Source: Candidatus Latescibacterota bacterium
Lineage (GTDB): Bacteria > Latescibacterota > UBA2968 > GCA-2709665
NCBI GenBank assembly: GCA_965237675.1
Contig: OZ250150.1
Coordinates: 1,056,001-1,120,000 of the forward strand
Length of the DNA stretch: 64,000 nt
Reading direction: 5' to 3'
Positions 50,065 to 58,732 of the stretch are shown here, in pieces. The notes beneath the pieces were generated by a model, which saw nothing but the letters and a program-made list of their open reading frames with translations, made no database searches and was not told the DNA's origin. A program made the position numbers and the translations under genes. Numbering within the stretch: position 1 is the first letter of the stretch; each line of letters opens with the position of its first letter.

Positions 50065-50211
50065 TGCGACGCTCCCTTTGAAGACAATCGACGTACTTTC
50101 GGCAGACTTCGAGATCCTGCTTCTGAATGTTCTGGAAACTGAAAACCATGAGGTGAGGTTATTCGTACCACGATCTTTTAGCCTGATTAATTAATGAATT
50201 GTCACGGATTG

Positions 50212-50545
50212 CAGTTTCCGATTGGATTGAGAAAGTGAATCCCAATGTGCGATACATTCTGGATTCGGATAGTTTGAAACAGACGAGACCTAACCCCTAA
50301 CCCCCTTCCTGAGAGGAAGGGGGAACTGTGATCCGCTGATGAATGTCTGGATTGGATGAATGCGTTTCGATTGATGAAAAAACCCGGGCGAAATATCGTG
50401 ATTGGTCGGCGAGTTGTGCTTGGTAAAGTGACGAGATGGCGTTCTCCAATCAATCGGAGCTTGTATAAAACAGTGTTTATGCAACCCTTCGTTCGACTCC
50501 CCCTCTCCTCGCAGGAGAGGGGGCCGGGGGGAGAGGTCTTTTTTA
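50212..50545 (-). repeat. ~330 bp dispersed composite repeat (copy 2)
   Basis: Reverse complement homolog of 1180-1505. Confidence 0.85.
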
Positions 50546-50799
50546 CCGATAATGCAGGTCAGTCTGCTCACAGGAAGAAAGCGTGACCCCTGGGCCCGGC
50601 CACCAGCGCGTATCGCTTTTCTCCCATGCGTGCGACCGGATTTTATCTAAAATCGGGATAATTTTTGCTGAAAGAGTCGAAATTATGCAAATATAAGATA
50701 ATTACTCGATAACGCAATCGGTCCCTGGGGGTCAACATTGACGAACCAGGCTATGTGTTTGGCCGTTTGCCCATGGGATGTAACTCGACAGAAATGACC

Positions 50800-50828
50800 T
50801 TGACACAATATGACTTTAAAGTCATATT
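50800..50828 (+). promoter_or_regulatory. Promoter with perfect 22 bp palindromic operator (TA autoregulation)
   Basis: TTGACA at 50800; AATATGACTTT|AAAGTCATATT at 50807-50828 covering the spacer/-10 region. Confidence 0.75.
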
Positions 50829-50836
50829 ACTGAGCC

Positions 50837-50914
50837 ATGGACTGGGAAGTCAGATTCCATCCGGCATTCGACCCGGAATTCGATGCCTTGCCCAACGACG
50901 TACAGGAGGTCAAC
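50837..50914 (+). pseudogene. N-terminal remnant of RelE/HigB-type toxin
   Basis: MDWEVRFHPAFDPEFDALPNDVQ runs directly into the antitoxin RBS. Confidence 0.65.
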
Positions 50915-51253
50915 ATGACGACACTCACTGAGAAAATTGACAAGCTGCCCGAGGCACGCCGGAAGAAAGTGGAGGAGCGAGCCAGGGCGCTGATTGCCGA
51001 AGAGATGTCACTGCAAGATCTGCGAAAGGCTCGAAAGTGGACGCAGGTACGCGTAGCGAAGGAACTCGGGATCAACCAGGAGAACGTATCCCGTATCGAA
51101 AAGCGCAGCGATCTGCTGCTATCCACGCTCAGTGGCTACGTGGAAGCGATGGGTGGAACATTGCGCCTGGTGGCGGAATTCCCGGACCGACCGCCCTTTG
51201 CGCTGACTGGCATCGCGGCCCTGGACAAGGAGGACTTTCAGACAAAGCCTTAA
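50915..51253 (+). CDS. XRE/HigA-type antitoxin
   Basis: RBS AGGAGG; LQDLRKARKWTQVRVAKELGINQENVSRIEKRSDLLLSTL...AMGG.LRLVAEFP. Confidence 0.88.
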   Translation: MTTLTEKIDKLPEARRKKVEERARALIAEEMSLQDLRKARKWTQVRVAKELGINQENVSRIEKRSDLLLSTLSGYVEAMGGTLRLVAEFPDRPPFALTGIAALDKEDFQTKP

Positions 51254-51289
51254 AGTTCACGCGAAAGGAGTGGTCCACTGCCGTCCTCC

Positions 51290-53101
51290 CTACAGCGTAG
51301 AAACCGTCGCAGACGGGGGACCCTCATTCGGAGGTCGCCGGTAGTCCACGGCGGTGATCCGATAGAAAAAAGATCCGGATGCCGCACCTCGATCCACGTA
51401 CCGCGTGGTGTCCAGAGGGGCCTTGTTCAGCGGCGCGAACGGCCCTTCCGGCCCGGTGGCCCGGTACACAATGTACCCTTTAAGCCCTGTAAGCGCCGTG
51501 CCGTCGGCATCGGTTTCCGGACGGCGCCACGAAATCCGCGCGTCCGGTCCACTGCAAACGACTTCGAGGTGCAGCGGTGCGCCAGGCGCCCACCTGTCGT
51601 ACGCCTGCATGGATATGCCCAGCATCGCGGCCGTCGCGGCAATATGGGCCGGTCCGTCGTGAACTGAAACCTCCTTTTCGAAGTACGCGGCCATCGATTC
51701 CCAAATCTGGTAGTTGTACCCGGCCAGATAGAGAAAACCCCACCCCCTCCAGCCCCGTTCCGCGTCGTGCTTACCTGGAGGGCCGCCTATGTAGTACCTG
51801 AACTTCGGCTCCTCCAGGCTCCCGTTCCAGACATGGTGGTCAAACGTGTTGGCCATCCTCTCGAGGTCCTTCGGGGCGAAACTCAGTCCGCTTTTCACGC
51901 CCTGCAACGCCACTTGAATATCGATAAAGGCATGCCCGACATCCTCCATCAGTTCGGGCCAGTGGCTTTCGGGACCGTATTTCCAGGTGTAAGCGTCCGC
52001 TTCCGGACCGTACAGCAGTTGATCGTGGAAGAACCGCATCATCTGCTCGCTCTGTTCAGCGTAAAACGGTACAAACCCTTCTTTGTACGGCTTGTAGTAC
52101 GGCGACCTGGTCAAGCGACGGAGCGTTACCAGCGCATCCGTAAACGACAGAAACATATTCAGCGGTTGGTGCTTCCACCCGGACCATTCGTACACGTGGT
52201 ATCCTGCGTCCTCGCCATAGCGGCTGTTGTCCTCTACCGTCCACCCCGGGTCCGGCGCCCAGTTGGCGTACCACTTGGCAATCACGTCCTCTTCCACAAC
52301 GCGCAGGAAATCATCCGCTTTGGCCCTGTAGGCTGCGTGTAAGGACGGATCCTCCCAGACCAGCTCCACAAAGGCCAGGATCGGGCTGACAATCAACCCA
52401 TCGTCGGAAAACCATTCGGTGTATTCGGGACTGTACTGGCGGTACCGGTTCTGCCCCCAGCCCCTGTATCCGTCCACGTATCGGGGATCGTAGACTTCAT
52501 AGGGCGGCACGTCAGTGCGGGCTATCAGAATGCGATCGATATGACTTACCAGTTTGTCCAGCCAGACGGTTTCTTTGAATGTCCCGTAGAGGTTCAGGTA
52601 CATCCTCTGCACGTAGGCCGAAGGGCCCCAGGCGAACGACCCTCCATCGTGGCCGTCCAGATAATTGTCCCCGAATGTTTGATCCCACGTTAAAAAAGCC
52701 GCGTACCAGTCGGTACTCGTGGGTCCTTCGAACGTTACGGCCGGAGGTTTCTTTGCAGGGGCGGCGATATCCGGCCCGGACGGTGGAGTCTCCGGCTCAC
52801 TCGCTTCAGACACTGACCTATCCGGCTCCTCTTGTAACCTCGGCCCGGGAGAGGCGATCTCGTGCCGCTTGACGGTAACCCTCCCTGACGGAAACGCCAC
52901 GGCCGCCCACCCCGGCAGGGTCTTCCCAACAATACATTTCGGCGTCGACGCGAGTACGCCAGGTTTATCGACTGCATTGACGTGCGCACCTTGAACGGCG
53001 CCCGCGGAAGGGACGTCCATCCACACGAACACAACGGGCAAAAACGCGCAGAGACAGAGACGTAGCGGAAAGACAATCGGGGTATGTCCGGTGTTTACCA
53101 T
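51290..53101 (-). CDS. Secreted protein: Pro-rich linker, aromatic-rich helical (alpha-barrel-like) core and C-terminal fibronectin type III domain
   Basis: Signal-like N-terminus; APGAP..L..W..GY.VYR..Y.D..FYRITAVD..NEG..S FnIII signature. Confidence 0.7.
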   Translation of the reverse strand: MVNTGHTPIVFPLRLCLCAFLPVVFVWMDVPSAGAVQGAHVNAVDKPGVLASTPKCIVGKTLPGWAAVAFPSGRVTVKRHEIASPGPRLQEEPDRSVSEASEPETPPSGPDIAAPAKKPPAVTFEGPTSTDWYAAFLTWDQTFGDNYLDGHDGGSFAWGPSAYVQRMYLNLYGTFKETVWLDKLVSHIDRILIARTDVPPYEVYDPRYVDGYRGWGQNRYRQYSPEYTEWFSDDGLIVSPILAFVELVWEDPSLHAAYRAKADDFLRVVEEDVIAKWYANWAPDPGWTVEDNSRYGEDAGYHVYEWSGWKHQPLNMFLSFTDALVTLRRLTRSPYYKPYKEGFVPFYAEQSEQMMRFFHDQLLYGPEADAYTWKYGPESHWPELMEDVGHAFIDIQVALQGVKSGLSFAPKDLERMANTFDHHVWNGSLEEPKFRYYIGGPPGKHDAERGWRGWGFLYLAGYNYQIWESMAAYFEKEVSVHDGPAHIAATAAMLGISMQAYDRWAPGAPLHLEVVCSGPDARISWRRPETDADGTALTGLKGYIVYRATGPEGPFAPLNKAPLDTTRYVDRGAASGSFFYRITAVDYRRPPNEGPPSATVSTL

Positions 53102-53238
53102 CGAACGATACCTCGCGCAATGTACATCGGTCGTTCGTCCTTCATAAGATGACCCGCCCGGATGGATACAGCCTGTACATCGTGAATGGTGACACTGCCC
53201 GCTTAACGTCGGTTTCGCGACGACTTCCCCGACCTCGA

Positions 53239-54321
53239 CTACGGTCTGTATATCAGGATATGATCCGTCGCCTCAAGGTCCTTCAATCCCCCAATAATCA
53301 GCACACGGCCGTCGCGAAGGAGCGTTGTCGTATATAAGGCGCGATTTTCACCTATGCTGTCTCCGGTAGGACCAAACGCGCCAGTGGCCGGATCGTAAAG
53401 AACGACCTCTCCACTATGTCCGATGATAAACACGTTGCCCGATGGCAGCAGGGTAGCCGCGCGAATCGGTTCGATTCCGGGATCACCTTCTGATGAAAAC
53501 GTCCCCGTCGCGGCGTCATATCGCTCGGCGGCCGTTACCGACGCTTCAGACGCCTCATCGCCTGTGCTCCCGCCAATGATCAACACGCTGCCGTCCGGAA
53601 GAAGAATCGCTCTGTGTCCTCGCCGTTCGTATTTCAGGTCGCCTGTCCGGGTAAGGGTATTGGAGGATGGATCGTAGATTTCGGATCCCTTAACCATGCC
53701 CTCTGCATTGCCGACACCAACGATGAGTACACGCCCATCCCGCAGCCGAGTCGCCGTATTGCCTCCGCGAATAACAACCGTCCCCGGAAGTGACGTGAAG
53801 TTCCCCGTGTTCGGGTCGAAGATGGCGACGCCCAATGAGTAATAGGTGAGGATCTTCCCATTGGGCAATAACGTCATCGTGGAGATTCTTGCGAATGCGG
53901 GGTAATAGGGCGCAGGCGTGAATCGTCCGGTATGCGGATCGAAAAATTCCATCGGGGCTTGATGAGCGCCTGCAAATAGGACCCGGCCGTCCGGTAGCAG
54001 TATTCCCATGTCGCGTGTTCGAGCAGAGGACATGTCGCCCCTTCTGCTCGAGGTCCCCGTTGCCGGATCGAATATTTCCGTGCTGGTACGAAACATGGAC
54101 GAAGGCGCATAACCCGGGCTCTCTGTTGCGGCGCCGCCCGTGATCAGAACCTTTCCGTCCTGCAACAATACCGACGCGTGCCAGAATCGCTTTTCCGTCA
54201 TTTTTCCGGCGACTTCAAAACCCTTCAGATCGCTCGAAACCTCCGGGGACGTCGGCACGGTTCCACCGCAACCCAGAGCGCTTGAGATGATAAGGAACGA
54301 GGATACCATTCTACCGGACAT
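53239..54321 (-). CDS. Kelch-repeat beta-propeller lipoprotein (divergent copy 5)
   Basis: Lipobox ALG-C; HASVLLQDGKVLITGG, TLLRDGRVLIIGG blades. Confidence 0.88.
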   Translation of the reverse strand: MSGRMVSSFLIISSALGCGGTVPTSPEVSSDLKGFEVAGKMTEKRFWHASVLLQDGKVLITGGAATESPGYAPSSMFRTSTEIFDPATGTSSRRGDMSSARTRDMGILLPDGRVLFAGAHQAPMEFFDPHTGRFTPAPYYPAFARISTMTLLPNGKILTYYSLGVAIFDPNTGNFTSLPGTVVIRGGNTATRLRDGRVLIVGVGNAEGMVKGSEIYDPSSNTLTRTGDLKYERRGHRAILLPDGSVLIIGGSTGDEASEASVTAAERYDAATGTFSSEGDPGIEPIRAATLLPSGNVFIIGHSGEVVLYDPATGAFGPTGDSIGENRALYTTTLLRDGRVLIIGGLKDLEATDHILIYRP

Positions 54322-54344
54322 TTCGTATCCTTCCTGGGCGTCGT

Positions 54345-54870
54345 AACCTCTCCCCCCGGCCCCCTCAGACAAGGCTATCAGCTATCAGTGGTAAGCTGTC
54401 AGCTAAAAGAAAAAACCGAATCAGTTGACGTCAGCGCTATTGTGTGGACGACCGCGAACGGCGGAACCTCTCCCCCCGGCCCCCTCTCCTAAAGGAAAGG
54501 GGGAGGAAAACCGGGCAATGGCCCGTCGAGATATTGCACGTGGATATTTTCATCCATCGAAATGTCTTCAACCGATGACAGTTCCCCCTTCCTTTAGGAA
54601 GGGGGTTAGGGGGTAGGTCCGCGACCTCTCCCCCCGGCCCCGCGGCGTCTGAGCGGCGCCCTTCTTTCAAAGGCGGTGAGACGGGAGACGGTAGAAGGGA
54701 GAGGACCACACCGCACACCGCCGGGCTCGCGCTCCACTAAGCAATTCTCTTCTATTTGAATATTGCGAGAATCCGATTGCGGACGTCTCACCTGTCAAAG
54801 TTATCACCACCTCTTCCGTCTTCCCTCTACCCTCTCACGGCTTTTTGGCGATGCAAGAAAAAGGGCAAGG
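54345..54870. repeat. Repeat mosaic (CCTCTCCCCCCGGCCCCCTCTCC palindromes, heptamers, structured repeat)
   Basis: Homology to 35925-36082 (inverted) and 9948-10172. Confidence 0.85.
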
Positions 54871-54961
54871 GAATTAGGGACGTCAGGAGGTGGGGGAGAT
54901 TCTACGTCACAGGTAGCGTAACGCGGCATCTCCATCGTACCCTCACTTGATGTCCACAGCC

Positions 54962-57900
54962 CTAATGGGCGATAACGAATGCCACGTCTTTTTCGGCCGT
55001 GTCGCCGCTGTTTACGTCGTTGATGGAAACCCTTAGTGAATATCGACCCGGGGTCTGTTCATCCAGCGCGAGTTCCACGTATTCGACCTCCTGTGCGGCC
55101 GCGCCCTGCTGTTCGTACGTGACGGCCAGTTCCTCTCGTCTGCCGGTCCCCCACCGGAACAGACGAGAGATGTTTCCCGCCCGCCCGGGCGCGTCTTTTG
55201 ACGTAATCTTATAGGATACGTTGTAGTTCGTCTGCCCGAATCCGTCCTTCCCCAGGTTGTAGATTTCGTAATAGACGAACACGCTCTGGCCCGTCTTGTA
55301 AGTTCGCGATGGCATCGGGACGACGTTCAGTTCTCCCTTTGTAAACTTACTGTCCATTTTTTCCGCACCAACCCGCCAAGCCAGTTCCAGGTCGCTGATC
55401 TGCAGTCGATCTTCGCCATAGGGCTCCACGACGACCTGCTGCTGATAGATGCCCATTCGTCCTCTCAGGCGGTCCTGCGATTTCACCTCCAGCCGGTAGG
55501 CGCCGGGCGGCAGAATAAGCTTCAGGACATCCGGCGCCATCAGGCCTTCTCCGGCCTGGTTTCCCCTGGCTTCGTACGTCATTTCGTCCGTTTGCCGATA
55601 GACCGTGTCCAGCGCGGATGATATAAGCGCCGCATGGTGCGTCAGTATCTGCCGCGTGACGTCCTCTTCCGCAATGTAGTGTGCCGGGAGGATGGGGACG
55701 CCGTAGTAGATTTCCAGGAGGCTGCGGTCGTCCTCGCCCCTGAAGTCGGCCAGCGAATAGTGGAAATCAAGAGGCGGCGCCTCATGTCTCGGCGCATAGA
55801 AATCTGGCGTAACCCGCGCCGCTCGCCGGTAGACCGATTGAGGAGAGTGCCTGCTCAACGAGGCGGTCTCGCCTATCGATATATCTCCCTGGTTCGGCGG
55901 CATGGGCGCGTAATCGTACGTCCCGGAACCGATTTCATCCGTAAAGGTAATTTCAATGCCGCCGCCCACGCCGGTGTAGATCCAGGTTTCCCAGGGCACG
56001 GTACTCAGATCTTCGTCGGACGTGACCGGGTGATAGTCGCCGAATCCGAGGCTTTCGTCCATGGGTAAAATACCTATCCGCGCGGTATCCATCCGCGCTT
56101 GCGGCGCTGTATCTCCACACTGTGTGCAGTCCTCGCCCGTATGCTCGTGGTCGTCTCCTGCGGCCTCCCCAGTTTCAGGCCCGGTTGCGTTTGCGTTTCC
56201 AATTTCGATGTCTTTCAGTTCGTACCACGCACCGTCGAGTTGTCCGAGGCTGCGTACGGGGAACACGGGTCCGACAAACGTGTGCGCCCTGACGTCACCT
56301 TTGTATAAATTGAACGCGAGACGCTCCTTGACCCGCTGAACCTTCAGACTTTGCTTGAAGTTGGGTTCGTCCGACCTCGACCGATGATCGGGTTCCCCGA
56401 ATCGAATATAGACGTCTCCTCTCACGTCCCACGGCTGCCTGCCCTCCGAGAATTCCGTCAGTGCGTGCCAGACTCTTCTGTAGTGTTCCAGCAGGCGCTC
56501 GTTAACAGGCGTGGACAGGTCCGGGTCCTTCCGATTCCAGAAACGTTTCAGATCGGCCGCGCGATCCGGACCCATGGCATCTTCATAGGTCCTGAGTTCC
56601 TCGCTGGAAGCGACCAGCGTTATATCTACGTACAAACGTCGTACATCGGGCGCGAGTTTGGAGATGTAATCCTCGAAGAACGCCATCGCCATATCCGGGT
56701 TCTCCTGTTCCATGGCGGAAATGGCGACAATGGGCATCAATTCGATGGCTTCGGGGTGCTTTTTGACAAAGTCCAACAAGTGGCCCATAATTTTCGAATA
56801 GTCTCTCACTTTCAGGTACGCAACGCCCAGCCGCCGCTGAGCTTCCGCGTCTTCCGGGCGAAGCGCGAGATACTTCGTATACCACACGACGGCCTTCTCG
56901 AATTCCCACGAAAGGTTCAGATAGTAGTCTGCAATCAGCAGATAGGCGCCCGCGTGGCCCGGGTCCATTTTCAGGACCCTTTTCAGTTCCAGTTCCGCGT
57001 CGCGCTGTTTCATCGCATAACGCACTCTGGCCATCTGATATCGCGCTTCCACAAAGTCCCGATCCTTGACTAACGCTTCCGTGAAATGGTGAATCGCGAA
57101 GTGGCGCTGCATCGGCCACGTCGTGTAAAGCATGCCCAGGCCATGGTGGGCCAGCGCCTTGCTGCCCAGGGTCAGCGCTCGATGAAACGCGCCCTTTGAT
57201 TCCTCGTATCGTTTCAACGCCAGTAAAATGTGGCCCAATCGGATGTATGCGTCGGGATCCTTCGGTCGTTGACGCGCGACATTCCGGAAGATCAGGCGCG
57301 CCCGTTCCAGTTCATCCGCCTCCATCGCCCGGCGGCCACTGGATGCCAGGCTGTCTACCTGCACCGAGCGAATGCTTGATACTTCCGCGTGACCGCCGTC
57401 GCGACCGGCGACTCCATATATCTGCTCTCCACGGTGCCAGAAACAGACCAGGGCCGGCGCTCCCGGAAAACCTTCTTGCCTGTACAGATAATCGCTGAGG
57501 AATGTGTAATCCAGGTTTTCCGGGCAGGAGAAAAGTACGTCCAGGATCGCGATCCGGTCCTTTTGTTCGTTCCCGTCTCGAGTATCTTCCATGACTCTCT
57601 TTGCCGTCCATTGATATAATTCAGGAAGATCCTCCGGTTCACTGTTGTTTTGGTCGCGTTTGAATTCCTGTATCAAACGGAGCATCCCGATCAGGTGCTC
57701 ACGACAATTTCGGGCGGCGGCGGTTCTCTTGTCTGTATCGATCCAATAGTCGCAGGCTTCGATATATCGTGCGCAACTCTTCCTTGAAAATCGGTGGCTC
57801 GACGCCTGATCATAGAGCTTTTTGAACGCGCGCCTGGCATGATTGAACAACCTTTCCGCCTTCGCATCGTTGCCTCTGTGAAGCGCATTCCTGCCGCGTA

Positions 57901-58732
57901 TGTACAGGTCCAGACCGGCACCGATCATTTCCAGGGCGGAATCAGAAGTATCGGATTGGCGCAAGGCTGCCGTGGATTGCCCGCCCGACAAGGACTTCCG
58001 ATCTCGTTTTACGATTGCGGGTATGTCTTCCCTCAGATTCGTCTCAACAGTCTCTCCCGTGTCTACGTGAACGCGGATCGATCTCTGCCCATCCTCAATA
58101 CGGCATAATACAGCCTCTCCATCAGCTGACCAGTTTACCGGCCCGCTGATGTTGCCGGCAAGGAGAAGCCTGATGCCACCCCGATCATCCGCGATCCAGA
58201 GACCGTGGTCCGGCCTGGCGAAAGCGCTTCCCCGGTACCCGACAATCGCCAATGACCTTCCATCAGGAGAGGGTGACATTTCGAGAGTCTGATAATCCGC
58301 GGGAAGCGGCCACGGTTCCTCCCTGGCGCCATCCAGACTCAACTTCCAAATTCTGTTTCTTATAATCGGCAAAGAATGTCCGCCGTAGAAATACGACCCC
58401 CACGCTTCCCGTCGTAAGCTTCGCTCGAGATAGATCAAGCCTTCTCCCGCCGGATCGAAAAACAGAGTTCCGGGTTCTCCGGGGTAGGCCTTGGTCTTCC
58501 TGGGCCGATTTTCCTTCCTGGAAACGACCCATATTTCCGTTAGCGAGATCGCCCCGTCGCCACGCCGGACAGCAAAAGCCAGATCCCCGTCGTCCGCCGA
58601 CCTCACGGTCAGGGACTCCCCGCTCGCGGATACGACAATGCACTGCATTGTCAGAACGCAGGACGCGCCTATGAGCAGGTTTTTGATCGACTGCATCACA
58701 GCATCTCCCGAGTCGTTAATGACTCGAATCAC
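54962..58732 (-). CDS. GWxTD-type domain protein with TolB-like N-terminus, pilin-like domain and TPRs
   Basis: FWNRKDPDLSTPVNERLLEHYRRVWHA...PWDVRGDVYIRFGEPDHR; WETWIY; TPR helices; LQISDLELAW. Confidence 0.85.
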   Translation of the reverse strand: MIRVINDSGDAVMQSIKNLLIGASCVLTMQCIVVSASGESLTVRSADDGDLAFAVRRGDGAISLTEIWVVSRKENRPRKTKAYPGEPGTLFFDPAGEGLIYLERSLRREAWGSYFYGGHSLPIIRNRIWKLSLDGAREEPWPLPADYQTLEMSPSPDGRSLAIVGYRGSAFARPDHGLWIADDRGGIRLLLAGNISGPVNWSADGEAVLCRIEDGQRSIRVHVDTGETVETNLREDIPAIVKRDRKSLSGGQSTAALRQSDTSDSALEMIGAGLDLYIRGRNALHRGNDAKAERLFNHARRAFKKLYDQASSHRFSRKSCARYIEACDYWIDTDKRTAAARNCREHLIGMLRLIQEFKRDQNNSEPEDLPELYQWTAKRVMEDTRDGNEQKDRIAILDVLFSCPENLDYTFLSDYLYRQEGFPGAPALVCFWHRGEQIYGVAGRDGGHAEVSSIRSVQVDSLASSGRRAMEADELERARLIFRNVARQRPKDPDAYIRLGHILLALKRYEESKGAFHRALTLGSKALAHHGLGMLYTTWPMQRHFAIHHFTEALVKDRDFVEARYQMARVRYAMKQRDAELELKRVLKMDPGHAGAYLLIADYYLNLSWEFEKAVVWYTKYLALRPEDAEAQRRLGVAYLKVRDYSKIMGHLLDFVKKHPEAIELMPIVAISAMEQENPDMAMAFFEDYISKLAPDVRRLYVDITLVASSEELRTYEDAMGPDRAADLKRFWNRKDPDLSTPVNERLLEHYRRVWHALTEFSEGRQPWDVRGDVYIRFGEPDHRSRSDEPNFKQSLKVQRVKERLAFNLYKGDVRAHTFVGPVFPVRSLGQLDGAWYELKDIEIGNANATGPETGEAAGDDHEHTGEDCTQCGDTAPQARMDTARIGILPMDESLGFGDYHPVTSDEDLSTVPWETWIYTGVGGGIEITFTDEIGSGTYDYAPMPPNQGDISIGETASLSRHSPQSVYRRAARVTPDFYAPRHEAPPLDFHYSLADFRGEDDRSLLEIYYGVPILPAHYIAEEDVTRQILTHHAALISSALDTVYRQTDEMTYEARGNQAGEGLMAPDVLKLILPPGAYRLEVKSQDRLRGRMGIYQQQVVVEPYGEDRLQISDLELAWRVGAEKMDSKFTKGELNVVPMPSRTYKTGQSVFVYYEIYNLGKDGFGQTNYNVSYKITSKDAPGRAGNISRLFRWGTGRREELAVTYEQQGAAAQEVEYVELALDEQTPGRYSLRVSINDVNSGDTAEKDVAFVIAH

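Noticed and set aside
50837-51253. Single 138 aa regulator
   Set aside because: Better explained as a toxin stub plus an antitoxin with its own RBS at 50915
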